Assembly: GCF_003231495.1 (NCBI RefSeq)
Contig: NZ_PQWO01000011.1
Location: forward strand, 30,001-62,000
Source: Acaryochloris thomasi RCC1774
GTDB taxonomy: Bacteria > Cyanobacteriota > Cyanobacteriia > Thermosynechococcales > Thermosynechococcaceae
Direction: 5' to 3'
DNA: 32,000 bases
Positions within the stretch are counted from its first letter, which is position 1. The number at the start of each line of letters is the position of its first letter. Under the pieces are notes generated by a model that did not search any database, was not told the origin of the DNA, and saw only the letters and a list, made by a program, of their open reading frames with translations. A program made the position numbers and the translations under genes. Positions 1 through 8,246 of this stretch are shown one piece after another.

Positions 1-110
1 AAGTGGGTGGGGCAGAACCGGTGCTAACTCAGGAGGAATATCTGTTGCGATCGCAACAGATCAAAACAGCTATCCAAACGGCCTAGCCAATCGAGAACCG
101 AAACCAGCCA

Positions 111-971
111 TTAGTTACCTGGACCGTAGCTCCCGGTCGCAGGGTTATATACATATTCAGCCGTCCGCAGACCCGAAGGATTGGCGCTTCTTGCTGAACG
201 GTTGCCAGTATTGGAGCCACGCGAACGATTTGGCCCAGATGCGGCAGAGCCTGAAGACTCAAAGTCCATAGAGGGTAAGGAGTTAGAGGTAATCGAAGGT
301 AGAGAGGTAGACGCTGCTGGTAAGGGGGCCGGAGGCGGGGCGTTACGGCTGACGGGTTGGCTGAGTGCTTTTGCCTCCTCGGTCAAACCGGACGTATCTC
401 GAAGTGGGGCTGGAGCACCTGCACCCGACGGAACAGCCGACGCAGGTGGACGAGGCGCTGGTGCCGGTAAAGCTGTAGCTGGAGCCTGACTGGAGGCAGT
501 CGGCGGTGAAAGCTGAGGAGGGAGTTGAGTTTGCTGTGCCAGCGCGGCCCTGGCTCTAGCGAGTTCTTGAGCCACACCAGAAGAAGGCTGGGTGCTGGGC
601 AGCTCTGCTCCACCCGTGGGTAGTTCTGGCGTACCTGCAGGGATGCCGCCTGGAAGAAGCGGATTCCGAGAGGCTGCAGCTCCGCTGTTCGGGAGCGGCA
701 GGGCTTTAGAGTTAGACGGGGGTTGAGCACCAGAGGACGGCACGGGCAGTTGAGTCGGTTGCGATAAAGGATCTAATGCGGTGTTAGGCCCCGTTAGGTT
801 AGGTGGACGGGGGATATTGCGGCTGGGACTCGCGCTTGAACCAGCGTCAGGACTGCGGGTGATCGAGTTGGGGGTGCTGTCACAGCTTGATAGCCCGGAT
901 ACCGTTACTGCCGCAAGTCCTAGCAGCAGAGCTTGAATAACAAGGGGATAGCGACGAAAACCGGACATCAT
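111..971 (-). CDS. Pro/Ser/Ala-rich low-complexity putative lipoprotein
   Basis: The track ORF 111..986 starts at TTG, with in-frame ATGs at 971 and 968. The N-terminus MMSGFRRYPLVIQALLLGLAAVTVSGLSSC has a basic n-region, a hydrophobic core and a lipobox-like LSSC. The rest is P/S/A/Q-rich low complexity with no catalytic motif. Overlapping ORFs 181..489(+) and 383..730(-) are treated as shadow frames. Confidence 0.55.
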   Translation of the reverse strand: MMSGFRRYPLVIQALLLGLAAVTVSGLSSCDSTPNSITRSPDAGSSASPSRNIPRPPNLTGPNTALDPLSQPTQLPVPSSGAQPPSNSKALPLPNSGAAASRNPLLPGGIPAGTPELPTGGAELPSTQPSSGVAQELARARAALAQQTQLPPQLSPPTASSQAPATALPAPAPRPPASAVPSGAGAPAPLRDTSGLTEEAKALSQPVSRNAPPPAPLPAASTSLPSITSNSLPSMDFESSGSAASGPNRSRGSNTGNRSARSANPSGLRTAEYVYNPATGSYGPGN

Positions 972-1117
972 AAATCTCTCGGGCAACAGCAGAATTAAAA
1001 TCGCCGTTCAAGTGCTGGTGAGGATAACCGATAGGGTTAAGCCACACGCCACAGAATGAGCGACTTGTCTCTAAAAATATTATATAAACCTTATTTTACT
1101 TTCTGAAAGTGATGAAC

Positions 1118-3031
1118 CTATGAAGCCTGTGGCGAATTTAAATAGCCTCTCGGCGTAATCATCCAGTTTTGATAGGTATGGGTGCTGCCGTTGCCAATTA
1201 GTACCGTCGTCAACATATCCACTGTGACCGTATGGAGCTGGCCTAGCGTTGTTAGCTGTGTGGCCTCATCCTCGCGGTAGGCCGACCGCACCACCGCCAC
1301 CGGCGTGTTGGGATCTCGATGCTCCAGCATAATGGTTTGGGCGATGGTCAACTGCTCGACCCGGAGTTGCGATCGCGGGTTATACAGCGCCGTCACAAAG
1401 TCAGCAGCAGCAGCAGCCTGCAGCCGTTTCTCAATTACCTCCCAGGGGGTCAGGCGATCGCTGAGGCTAATGGCGCAAAAGTCGTGCATCAGCGGCGTTC
1501 CCACCCGTGATGCCGCTGCCTGTAGCGCCGAGACCCCCGGAAAAATCTCGACGGCGGGGGCTCGACCGTCCCAGTTCTGCAGCTCTAGTTCTTCTAAGAC
1601 CAGGCCCGCCATCCCGTAGATGCCTGCATCTCCCGAAGAAATCATGGCCACCGTTAGACCCCAGTTAGCCAGGGCAATAGCCCGCTGCGCCCGCTGGCGT
1701 TCTTGGGTAATCGGATAGGTCTCAATCATTTGACCGGGACGGAGGCGAGACTGGACAAGATCCATGTAGAGCGAATAGCCGATCACGGCATCAGCCTGGA
1801 CGATGGCGGTCTGTGCGGCTGGCGTCATTTGGTCCAGGGAACCCGGTCCCGTGCCCACGAGATAAAGCCTTCCCTGCCGTCCTGTGAACTCTAGGGGAGA
1901 CAACGCGATCGCAACTGTTGCTGCCCCTGCTTCCTCTGCATTACGAATGATTTGCTTGGGCACAATCAGCGTGGCTGGCTCTGCCTTGAGGGACTCTGCT
2001 TCTAGAGACCCAGCCTGGACCTGGGCTGCATATAAAGCTGCCGCCTCTGCGACACTGGGGGTTCCGACTTCGGCGGCGACAATCTCAGAAGGGGTGGGCA
2101 CCTCTACGCCCCGCAGCACCTCGGGGGCAAAACACTGGAGCGGCCAGTTACGATCTTGGCAAAGCTCTAGAAGTCCGGCTTCGTCTGCTTTGAGATCGAG
2201 GGTGGTGATGGATGCGATCGCATCCATCGCTAGCCCAAATTCTCGAAACACCTGCTCAATCCCCTGCTCAATCAGTGCGCGGGACGTTCCTCGTTCACAG
2301 CCGATGCCTACCCACAGCACCCGCGGATGCCAGCGAACGATGGGTAAATCTGACGCAGCCGCTCGATGGGTAATGCAAACCTGAGGCGCATCTCCAGGCG
2401 GATCGGCAAACACAAAAGGGTGTTCAGCGGGCAGATGTGCCTGCCAGAGTTTGGATCCTGATTCTTGAACAACGGCAACGCTTTGCTGGCGGGCAATCGC
2501 GCCACTGACCTGATTCCAGTCTCCGGCTCCTCGCTGCCAGCCGAAGGGCTGACCCAGCAGATCTAGGCTGGGCAACTGGCTGCGCGTTGAAGTGCCAGTA
2601 ATGATGGACGTTGCGCCGATCTGGGAGGCGATCAATCGCGTGAGCTGATCGGCATGGCCTAAATGACCGCTGCAAAGACTAATGACGGACTGGCCTTGTT
2701 CCTCCACCACCAGCACGGCGGGATCTTGAGACTTATGCTCTAGTAGGGGCGCAATCAGACGCACCACTGCGCCCGTGGCGAGACCAAAAATGAACCCTCG
2801 GTGCTGAGGCCAGAGCGTGGCGAGATGATCTCTTAAAGATCCTGAATAGACCTGAACATTTGCTTGATCTGCCAAGGTTTCAGGAACCCATAGGATTGCG
2901 CCTGTGAGCTGACAAATTGGCTGTAGGGTGGTGGCTGCCTGCGGGGTTGTTGCGATCGCAACCAGCGGCTGAAACGGTTCAAATAGCGACTGACTCAAAA
3001 ACGGTGTCTCCCTGACGACAGTTGGGCGCAA
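1118..3031 (-). CDS. cbiG/cobJ: Fused cobalamin-biosynthesis protein: CbiG (cobalt-precorrin-5A hydrolase)-like N-terminal two thirds plus a precorrin-3B C17-methyltransferase (CbiH/CobJ) C-terminal third
   Basis: The 637-aa ORF has a CbiG-like core (ATGAVVRLIAPLL..., SLCSGHLG, VLWVGIGCERGTS...LKADEAGL). This is followed by the tetrapyrrole methylase signature LYLVGTGPGSLDQMTPAAQTAIVQADAVIGYSLY...SSGDAGIYGMAG. The start is TTG at 3031; an alternative is TTG at 2998. Confidence 0.9.
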   Translation of the reverse strand: MRPTVVRETPFLSQSLFEPFQPLVAIATTPQAATTLQPICQLTGAILWVPETLADQANVQVYSGSLRDHLATLWPQHRGFIFGLATGAVVRLIAPLLEHKSQDPAVLVVEEQGQSVISLCSGHLGHADQLTRLIASQIGATSIITGTSTRSQLPSLDLLGQPFGWQRGAGDWNQVSGAIARQQSVAVVQESGSKLWQAHLPAEHPFVFADPPGDAPQVCITHRAAASDLPIVRWHPRVLWVGIGCERGTSRALIEQGIEQVFREFGLAMDAIASITTLDLKADEAGLLELCQDRNWPLQCFAPEVLRGVEVPTPSEIVAAEVGTPSVAEAAALYAAQVQAGSLEAESLKAEPATLIVPKQIIRNAEEAGAATVAIALSPLEFTGRQGRLYLVGTGPGSLDQMTPAAQTAIVQADAVIGYSLYMDLVQSRLRPGQMIETYPITQERQRAQRAIALANWGLTVAMISSGDAGIYGMAGLVLEELELQNWDGRAPAVEIFPGVSALQAAASRVGTPLMHDFCAISLSDRLTPWEVIEKRLQAAAAADFVTALYNPRSQLRVEQLTIAQTIMLEHRDPNTPVAVVRSAYREDEATQLTTLGQLHTVTVDMLTTVLIGNGSTHTYQNWMITPRGYLNSPQAS

Positions 3032-3255
3032 GACATTGGTCCTGGCAAAATACCCCCACCTACCTTACCTCAGCAATGAGGTGCTTCCACCCTGTACGAG
3101 TCGGGAACGACCGGGTCTCCTCTCTCGTCAAAATTCACATCCTCAGGCTCTCGCGCAATTGAGTGATGTAGAGCTGAGGAGAAATCTAGAGAAATAGCTC
3201 TTTATTCAAGAGCCTTAGCATGATTGATGCTGAGAACGATGGAGGAAAACCCTAA

Positions 3256-3441
3256 ATGATCAGAAATATCTTTTATTTTGGCCTCGGTGCCGTCGCCGCG
3301 TCCTTTATCACCCATGCAGGTGTTCCCCTCTGGACTCACTTCTCGCAGGTGATCAACTGGAATGTTGCTGAAGAGGCCGCCCAAGACGTCGGCGAGGTGA
3401 TTTCGCGCGAAGCTGAGGCGAAAAAGACCCGCAATAACTAA
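3256..3441 (+). CDS. Small hypothetical protein with one N-terminal hydrophobic helix
   Basis: The 61-aa ORF has GGAGG at 3241-3245, 10 nt upstream of the ATG. Residues IFYFGLGAVAASFI are hydrophobic and the tail is charged. The antisense ORF 3202..3384 has no such signals. Confidence 0.45.
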   Translation: MIRNIFYFGLGAVAASFITHAGVPLWTHFSQVINWNVAEEAAQDVGEVISREAEAKKTRNN

Positions 3442-3541
3442 AGATTGCAGAACATTTCAATTCTCCAGACTCCCTAAGGTGAAAGAAAAAGCTGGGTACC
3501 CTAGGGCCATCTTTACATATGCCGCTTGAACGACTTTCACC

Positions 3542-4411
3542 ATGCAAGATCCTCTTTCGACTGCGTCCGGTTCCCCTGCTGAGGCTACTGGCAAAAAGCA
3601 GAATATGGTGCTGATTGATTCCGCTAGCAATCAGGGCTTTAAGGTAGACATTCTCGGATACAAGACCCTCGCTGGAAGTAACGATCCGCGAACAGCTCAG
3701 GCTGTTTATTTTGCTAATCAGACCGATCTGAAGCTCAAGCAGGTATGCCTCACCCTCAATCAGAGTGAAGCCATCGTTGAAGCCGGTGCGCTCCACTATT
3801 TGCATGGTCATATCGAGCTGCAGAATCCTGTCGGGGGCGTGGGGGGATTGGGCAAAGCCATGCTGAAGAAAATGCTCACCAATGAGACTGCCTTTATGCC
3901 TCGCTATCAGGGCAGCGGCTCTGTGTATTTAGAGCCATCCTTTGGTGACTTTCTAATTTACAACCTCAGGAACGAAGAGATTATTGCCGATCGAGGTCTG
4001 TTTTACTGCAGTGAAGCCTCTCTTTCGGTGGGGGTGGCCATGCAAAAGAACGTTTCTTCGGCCCTACTGGGGGGTGAAGGACTGTTTCAAACCCAAGTTC
4101 GCGGCTCCGGTATTGCGGTTTTTGAGCTGCCGGTTCCGGCCAGTGAGGTGCGGTGCGTGCATCTTAACAACGAGACGCTGCAGGTAGACGGCAACTTTGC
4201 GCTGATGCGTTCTGGCCGCATTGACTTCAGCGTTGAGAAGTCTTCGAAGGGTATGTTTGGCAGTCTGTCGAGCGGTGAAGGATTATTGCAAACCTTCCGA
4301 GGCACAGGACGCGTTTGGCTGGCCCCGACGCAGGCGATTTATAACCAGATGAGTATGGGGGGACTCAGTGGCCTTAGCTCCGCTCAGCACTCTTCACGGA
4401 CCACGACCTAG
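3542..4411 (+). CDS. AIM24 (DUF124) family protein
   Basis: The 289-aa ORF shows the repeated family pattern GGEGLFQTQVRGSGIAVFE and SGEGLLQTFRGTGRVWLAP, plus the QVDGNFALM strand typical of AIM24/TRAP-like beta proteins. Confidence 0.8.
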   Translation: MQDPLSTASGSPAEATGKKQNMVLIDSASNQGFKVDILGYKTLAGSNDPRTAQAVYFANQTDLKLKQVCLTLNQSEAIVEAGALHYLHGHIELQNPVGGVGGLGKAMLKKMLTNETAFMPRYQGSGSVYLEPSFGDFLIYNLRNEEIIADRGLFYCSEASLSVGVAMQKNVSSALLGGEGLFQTQVRGSGIAVFELPVPASEVRCVHLNNETLQVDGNFALMRSGRIDFSVEKSSKGMFGSLSSGEGLLQTFRGTGRVWLAPTQAIYNQMSMGGLSGLSSAQHSSRTTT

Positions 4412-4418
4412 ACGTTTC

Positions 4419-4775
4419 CTAAGGCTGGGGCTGGCACTGGAGGGGAGGGTTTTGTTGGGTCGCAATCGCATCTATTTCCCGCGCCAGCATCCAATCTAAA
4501 TCGGTTAACCCATCGGCATCATGGGTCGTCAGCGACAGCGACACCCGACCATAGGCAATGACCACATCAGGGTGATGGCCGACGGCTTCGGCAGGCATCA
4601 CAAGCTCCTCTACAAAAGCCACTGACTCAATAAAGTTCGTTAGCTTGTAGGTGCATTCCAAGCGGTTGCCGTTCAGCCGCCATCCAGTAGGCGGGTGTGG
4701 TACAGAATAGGCTGGGAAAGCCACCTGCAAGACCGTAACGACAAGTAATCCTATGGGTAAATAAGCTTTATGCAT
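4419..4775 (-). CDS. Pterin-4a-carbinolamine dehydratase (PCD/DCoH)-like protein with N-terminal signal-peptide-like extension
   Basis: The PCD signature is present: GW...L...Y.L.NF..SVAFV..L...AEAVGHHPDVVIAYGRVSLSLTTHDADGLTDLD. The track ORF starts at TTG 4799. The ATG at 4775 gives MHKAYLPIGLLVVTVLQVAFPAYS, a signal-like sequence, ahead of the domain. Confidence 0.75.
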   Translation of the reverse strand: MHKAYLPIGLLVVTVLQVAFPAYSVPHPPTGWRLNGNRLECTYKLTNFIESVAFVEELVMPAEAVGHHPDVVIAYGRVSLSLTTHDADGLTDLDWMLAREIDAIATQQNPPLQCQPQP

Positions 4776-4848
4776 CTGGCGAGAGGTAGGTGTTCGCAAC
4801 CCAGCCGTGACTATGTTTCAGAGAATGGGTCTCATTAGCTTATACAAC

Positions 4849-5040
4849 TCAAATCCGATGCTCTGGGGGGATTTTCTCAAGAGCAGCCCTTTGTGCTGCA
4901 TCTCTTTCAGCTTTGCGTTTCGCTGCGAGACGGACCTGCGCTGATTTAGCACGCATTCTTTGAGCATCACTGTTATAGCTTTTTTGAATGCTCTCTATGT
5001 TTCGAGGAGGGGCAATCGAATACTGATCTTGTTGTTCCAT
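4849..5040 (-). CDS. Hypothetical small basic protein
   Basis: This 63-aa ATG ORF is Lys/Arg/Ala-rich (RMRAKSAQVRLAAKRKAERDAAQRAALEK). It lies on the same strand as its neighbours. It has no obvious SD sequence or family motif. Confidence 0.35.
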   Translation of the reverse strand: MEQQDQYSIAPPRNIESIQKSYNSDAQRMRAKSAQVRLAAKRKAERDAAQRAALEKIPPEHRI

Positions 5041-5166
5041 TGTGTATAAATTATTGGTCGATATGCAGACATTGCATTGTGACAGTTATTGAGAATAGCG
5101 ACAATACAAAATATAAACCGGTCGCTATTGGGGAGTCCCTTATTCTGCGGCACAAACGCTGCAGCC

Positions 5167-5208
5167 GAAAGTTTTTGTCAGGAGAATAGTCTCCTAACAG
5201 AAACTTTC
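5167..5208. other. Long near-perfect inverted repeat (19-position stem, 4-nt loop)
   Basis: The sequence is GAAAGTTTTTGTCAGGAGA-atag-TCTCCTAACAGAAACTTTC. Seventeen positions are Watson-Crick pairs, one is a wobble and one is a mismatch. It sits 86 nt downstream of the peroxidase-1 stop on the minus strand. No U-tract follows on either strand. Confidence 0.6.
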
Positions 5209-5293
5209 AAGTTGGCGAGCCCCCTCCAAAAGTGCTCCTTCTCAGCGGCAGGCCCGCCTAACCAACGTGTTAGCTATTGGATAGCTACTTCCC

Positions 5294-7558
5294 TTATCCG
5301 ATAGCTCCATTCGATCCAGGAAAGGCAAAGCCAGCCTCGGGTCCTTCCGCAACTTTGAACACATTACCCTGTAGATCCCCTGGCTCTACTAGAGAGTTGT
5401 CAGCAATGATGTCTGAGAGTGAGCGCTGATAGCTGATGCCGAAACGCTGCTCGATGTTGGCTAAATCAGCGTCATTTTCATAGAAGAACCGATCGCCGTC
5501 TCGCAGGGCTGAAAACTGGTCCGTCCAGAGGGCTGACTGCAGCTCACCAAACTCGGAACCCGCTAGATGCTCCTCCGAGACCATGCCCACAAATGCATCA
5601 ATATTATCGACATCGCCGTAGATGGCCTTCAATCGGGCCGCCAGCGTTGTTGCTCGAATGCCCTCTACAGCGTCTGGAGCACCTTCAGCATCGGGGTCAG
5701 GAATCACATTCCCTTCATTATCAAGCAGGGTGTCAAACCGCAGAATATCAGGGTCGTTGAGGGGATCTAGGGGATCGATATCAGGAGCGTTGGGGAACTC
5801 CTCAGTGGCTTCGCCGGTAATGTCAGTAAACGAGTTGATCCGTTCTAAGCCGTAGGCTTCACGGAGATCGTTATAGAGGGGAATGCCGTGATCTCGACCT
5901 CGCTGAACGTCCAGTGCGCCCAGATCTACTACCGTTGAGAAGCTTTCGGGCAAGTCAGGCCCATCCAACTTGCCGTCTGGGTTGGAGGGCACCTGGAAGA
6001 GTACACTTCTTAGCTGATTGTCGATTTGCTCGTCATTCTTGTACTGAGCCTCGCCAGCTAGGGCAGAAGCCAATAGATCGATGCCGATCTCCTCCACCAG
6101 TGCCGGTTGTCCGATCGCCACGTTGAGCGGAACGGCAATTTCGACCTCATCCCCCACCAGCTCCACTTCTATCCCCTGTGCTTCAAAGGACTCTAGCTGC
6201 TCAGCAGAGAAGCGATCCGCCTCTGTCTCAATCTCAATTTCGCCATGAATCATGCTGTGGGCCCGGAAGCCAACGGTCGCAAATTCATTCGTAATGCTGG
6301 GATCAACGGTGGCATCATACCCTTCATAGGCATCTAAATCGATGCCCTGTGAAGGTAAGAATTCTTTGTAGGTAATGTATTGCTGCTCAGCACCGACGAC
6401 TTTGCGGGCAATCTGGAACTTGGTTTCTTCGCCCAAAAAGTCGGGCAGCTCATCAACAATGCGATTATGTTCGCGCGCAAATAGCGTATGGATTGTCGTT
6501 AAAGGCAAGGACTGATTGGCTCGGACATCTCCGGCAATAATGCGCTGATCCGGCGTACCCATCAGCCTTCCGAAGAGATCCATTGTGGGTGCAGAGCTGG
6601 CATCCCCTCGAGCCTCAGCGGTGGGCAAGAACCCATCCTCAAGCAGCAGACGCGCTCCGTTGTTGCTCAAGTCGCCATCGACGGGGCCTTCTCTGAGCCA
6701 TTCCAGTCGCTCTTCGCTGCCGCCGTAGATTGCCCAGCCATCAATGAAGGAACTGAGGACGTTCACCTGCTCTCGCGGCCCTGTCTCACCGGTTCCTGGT
6801 GCGGGCTGCGATCTCTGAAACCGAATGGAGCCAAAGTCGTTCTGAAATTCCTCTAGAGGATCGCCCGTATCGAAAGTGATGGGTGCATCTTCAGTACCTT
6901 CTTGCCTGAGACCGATGGTGTGATCAAGAAACTGTCCCCAATACCCAGCCCACTGAGTGACGCCATTTTCAGAAAATAGGTTGACCCCTTGGTCTGAGTA
7001 AATGCGATTGCTAATAAATCGAGGGTCTGGCCCTTCGACTTGTTCACTGATGCTGTCGGCGTAGTTCGTTTCAGTATTGCGGGAATAGTTTGTGTTGACC
7101 TGCCCGAGGGAGGGATCAGAGAGGTTATTGCCTGAACCGTCTAGGCTACGAATATCTAGCTCAAGGGTTCCACTGGGGCTAACGGTGTATTCGAGATCAA
7201 GGGTTGCGATCGCATCTCCTCTTCCTCGATCTTGGGTGTAGGCCGTTGCCTTGATTGCGAAGTCTCCGACACTGAGGCTACGACCTCTAAAGTCACCCTT
7301 GAGATCGCCAAACAGAGCGTAGGGAGCCACATTTTCAGTTCTGTTTCCAAAATTGGACTCAAACACCACACTCTCAACAGAATCAGCATCTGGATGTTTA
7401 GGGTTGACCCGGGCAATTAGGCTAAATCGTTTTAGATCAAGGTCATTTAAGTTGAGTTCAGGACTAGCACCTAAGTCTTCATAGCCTGCAACAACTTGAT
7501 CTGTTTCTGCATCCACTAACGCAAATGTGAGCAGAGTAGAATCGGTATCGAGATTCAT
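5294..7558 (-). CDS. Animal-haem-peroxidase (peroxidase-cyclooxygenase superfamily) protein, paralogue 1, with an N-terminal ~135-aa beta-sandwich-like module
   Basis: Family motifs are RSLDGSGNN, WGQFLDHT, SSFIDGWAIYGG, TIHTLFAREHNRIV, ATVGFRAHSMIHG and RGRDHGIPLYNDLREAYGL. The track start is TTG 7564. I prefer ATG 7558, which is preceded by TAGAGG. The N-terminus MNLDTDSTLLTFALVDAETDQ... has no signal peptide. Confidence 0.9.
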   Translation of the reverse strand: MNLDTDSTLLTFALVDAETDQVVAGYEDLGASPELNLNDLDLKRFSLIARVNPKHPDADSVESVVFESNFGNRTENVAPYALFGDLKGDFRGRSLSVGDFAIKATAYTQDRGRGDAIATLDLEYTVSPSGTLELDIRSLDGSGNNLSDPSLGQVNTNYSRNTETNYADSISEQVEGPDPRFISNRIYSDQGVNLFSENGVTQWAGYWGQFLDHTIGLRQEGTEDAPITFDTGDPLEEFQNDFGSIRFQRSQPAPGTGETGPREQVNVLSSFIDGWAIYGGSEERLEWLREGPVDGDLSNNGARLLLEDGFLPTAEARGDASSAPTMDLFGRLMGTPDQRIIAGDVRANQSLPLTTIHTLFAREHNRIVDELPDFLGEETKFQIARKVVGAEQQYITYKEFLPSQGIDLDAYEGYDATVDPSITNEFATVGFRAHSMIHGEIEIETEADRFSAEQLESFEAQGIEVELVGDEVEIAVPLNVAIGQPALVEEIGIDLLASALAGEAQYKNDEQIDNQLRSVLFQVPSNPDGKLDGPDLPESFSTVVDLGALDVQRGRDHGIPLYNDLREAYGLERINSFTDITGEATEEFPNAPDIDPLDPLNDPDILRFDTLLDNEGNVIPDPDAEGAPDAVEGIRATTLAARLKAIYGDVDNIDAFVGMVSEEHLAGSEFGELQSALWTDQFSALRDGDRFFYENDADLANIEQRFGISYQRSLSDIIADNSLVEPGDLQGNVFKVAEGPEAGFAFPGSNGAIG

Positions 7559-7939
7559 AAACAAATTGCCTCTAGGATTAACTAAATTATTGAGAATAGA
7601 GACAAGGTCTTTCTAGTATCAGTATATCTATTCTCTAATATTCTTGATCAGACGTAATAACCTTGTGTCTAAACTTTTTCTTGGTCTATAGGAAAGATGC
7701 CTTAATTGCAGAAGCTTCAAAATCTCAAAGCAGATATTTTTGGAGATCCCTAGACTTAGTCAGAAGATTATGCGATGCATATCTGCTAAGAAGCCTATAT
7801 AAATCAAGCACTTCTCATAAAGCTAAAAAGTAAATATGTATTTTGAGTATTTCAATCAAAAGCCGCAGGAAACTAAAGTCGGCAAGGTTCACAAGATCTA
7901 ATTTTCTTGCTTAGGAGAAAATTATCTCAAAAAAGAAAT

Positions 7940-7948
7940 ATTGTCAAT
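7940..7948 (-). promoter_or_regulatory. Palindrome ATTGTCAAT in the peroxidase-1 upstream spacer (candidate operator)
   Basis: This is a perfect 4+1+4 palindrome, preceded by AAAAAAGA at 7929-7936. The same core occurs at 10762-10774 upstream of paralogue 2. Confidence 0.3.
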
Positions 7949-8085
7949 GCGGCATTTCAAGGTATCTAACCAAACAGTTCACAGACACATTGATTAAATG
8001 TATTTCAAATTACTAAATATCTCATTTCCCTCTTGGAAATTTAGGTTAAGCGCTATGGAAAATGATGATTGTTAACACTAGGATT

Positions 8086-8127
8086 TACATATTCCTTTGC
8101 AGGAGCAAACTCTTAACAATAGATTTA
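8086..8127 (-). promoter_or_regulatory. 42-bp block conserved between the upstream spacers of the two peroxidase paralogues (copy 1)
   Basis: TACATATTCctttgcaggagcaaacTCTTAACAATAGATTTA aligns with 10888-10929 without gaps, 33/42 identical by my count. It lies 528-569 nt upstream of ATG 7558 and just downstream of the paralogue-2 terminator hairpin. Confidence 0.4.
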
Positions 8128-8197
8128 GATGGAGGGGCTTTTTTCTGTAGAGGTTATGTGAGTTTTTGTGATGCTCATAGAGAAAAAGACTCTGCAG

Positions 8198-8246
8198 GCT
8201 GCTGAAAGGTAGAAAGATTGTCCACCTCTCTATACCTTTCAGCAGC
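8198..8246 (-). terminator. Hairpin terminator candidate for peroxidase paralogue 2
   Basis: A perfect 14-bp inverted repeat GCTGCTGAAAGGTA / TACCTTTCAGCAGC flanks a 21-nt loop. It begins 19 nt after the stop codon (8265-8267). On the minus strand it is followed by CTGCAGAGTCTTTTTCTCT, so the U-run is offset by about 10 nt. Confidence 0.5.

Noticed and set aside
3-86. A possible 3' end of a plus-strand CDS running in from the left edge (VGGAEPVLTQEEYLLRSQQIKTAIQTA*).
   Set aside because: Only 27 codons are visible with no recognisable motif. Another frame is also open here as a shadow of the Pro-rich gene. I cannot support it as a feature.
181-730. Track ORFs 181..489(+) and 383..730(-) overlapping the Pro-rich gene.
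   Set aside because: These are compositionally driven shadow frames of a low-complexity, G+C-rich gene. They have no start context or motifs.
1305-2675. Multiple 60-170-aa ORFs on both strands inside cbiG/cobJ.
   Set aside because: All lie within a well-supported 637-aa gene with clear family motifs. They are typical antisense or off-frame ORFs.
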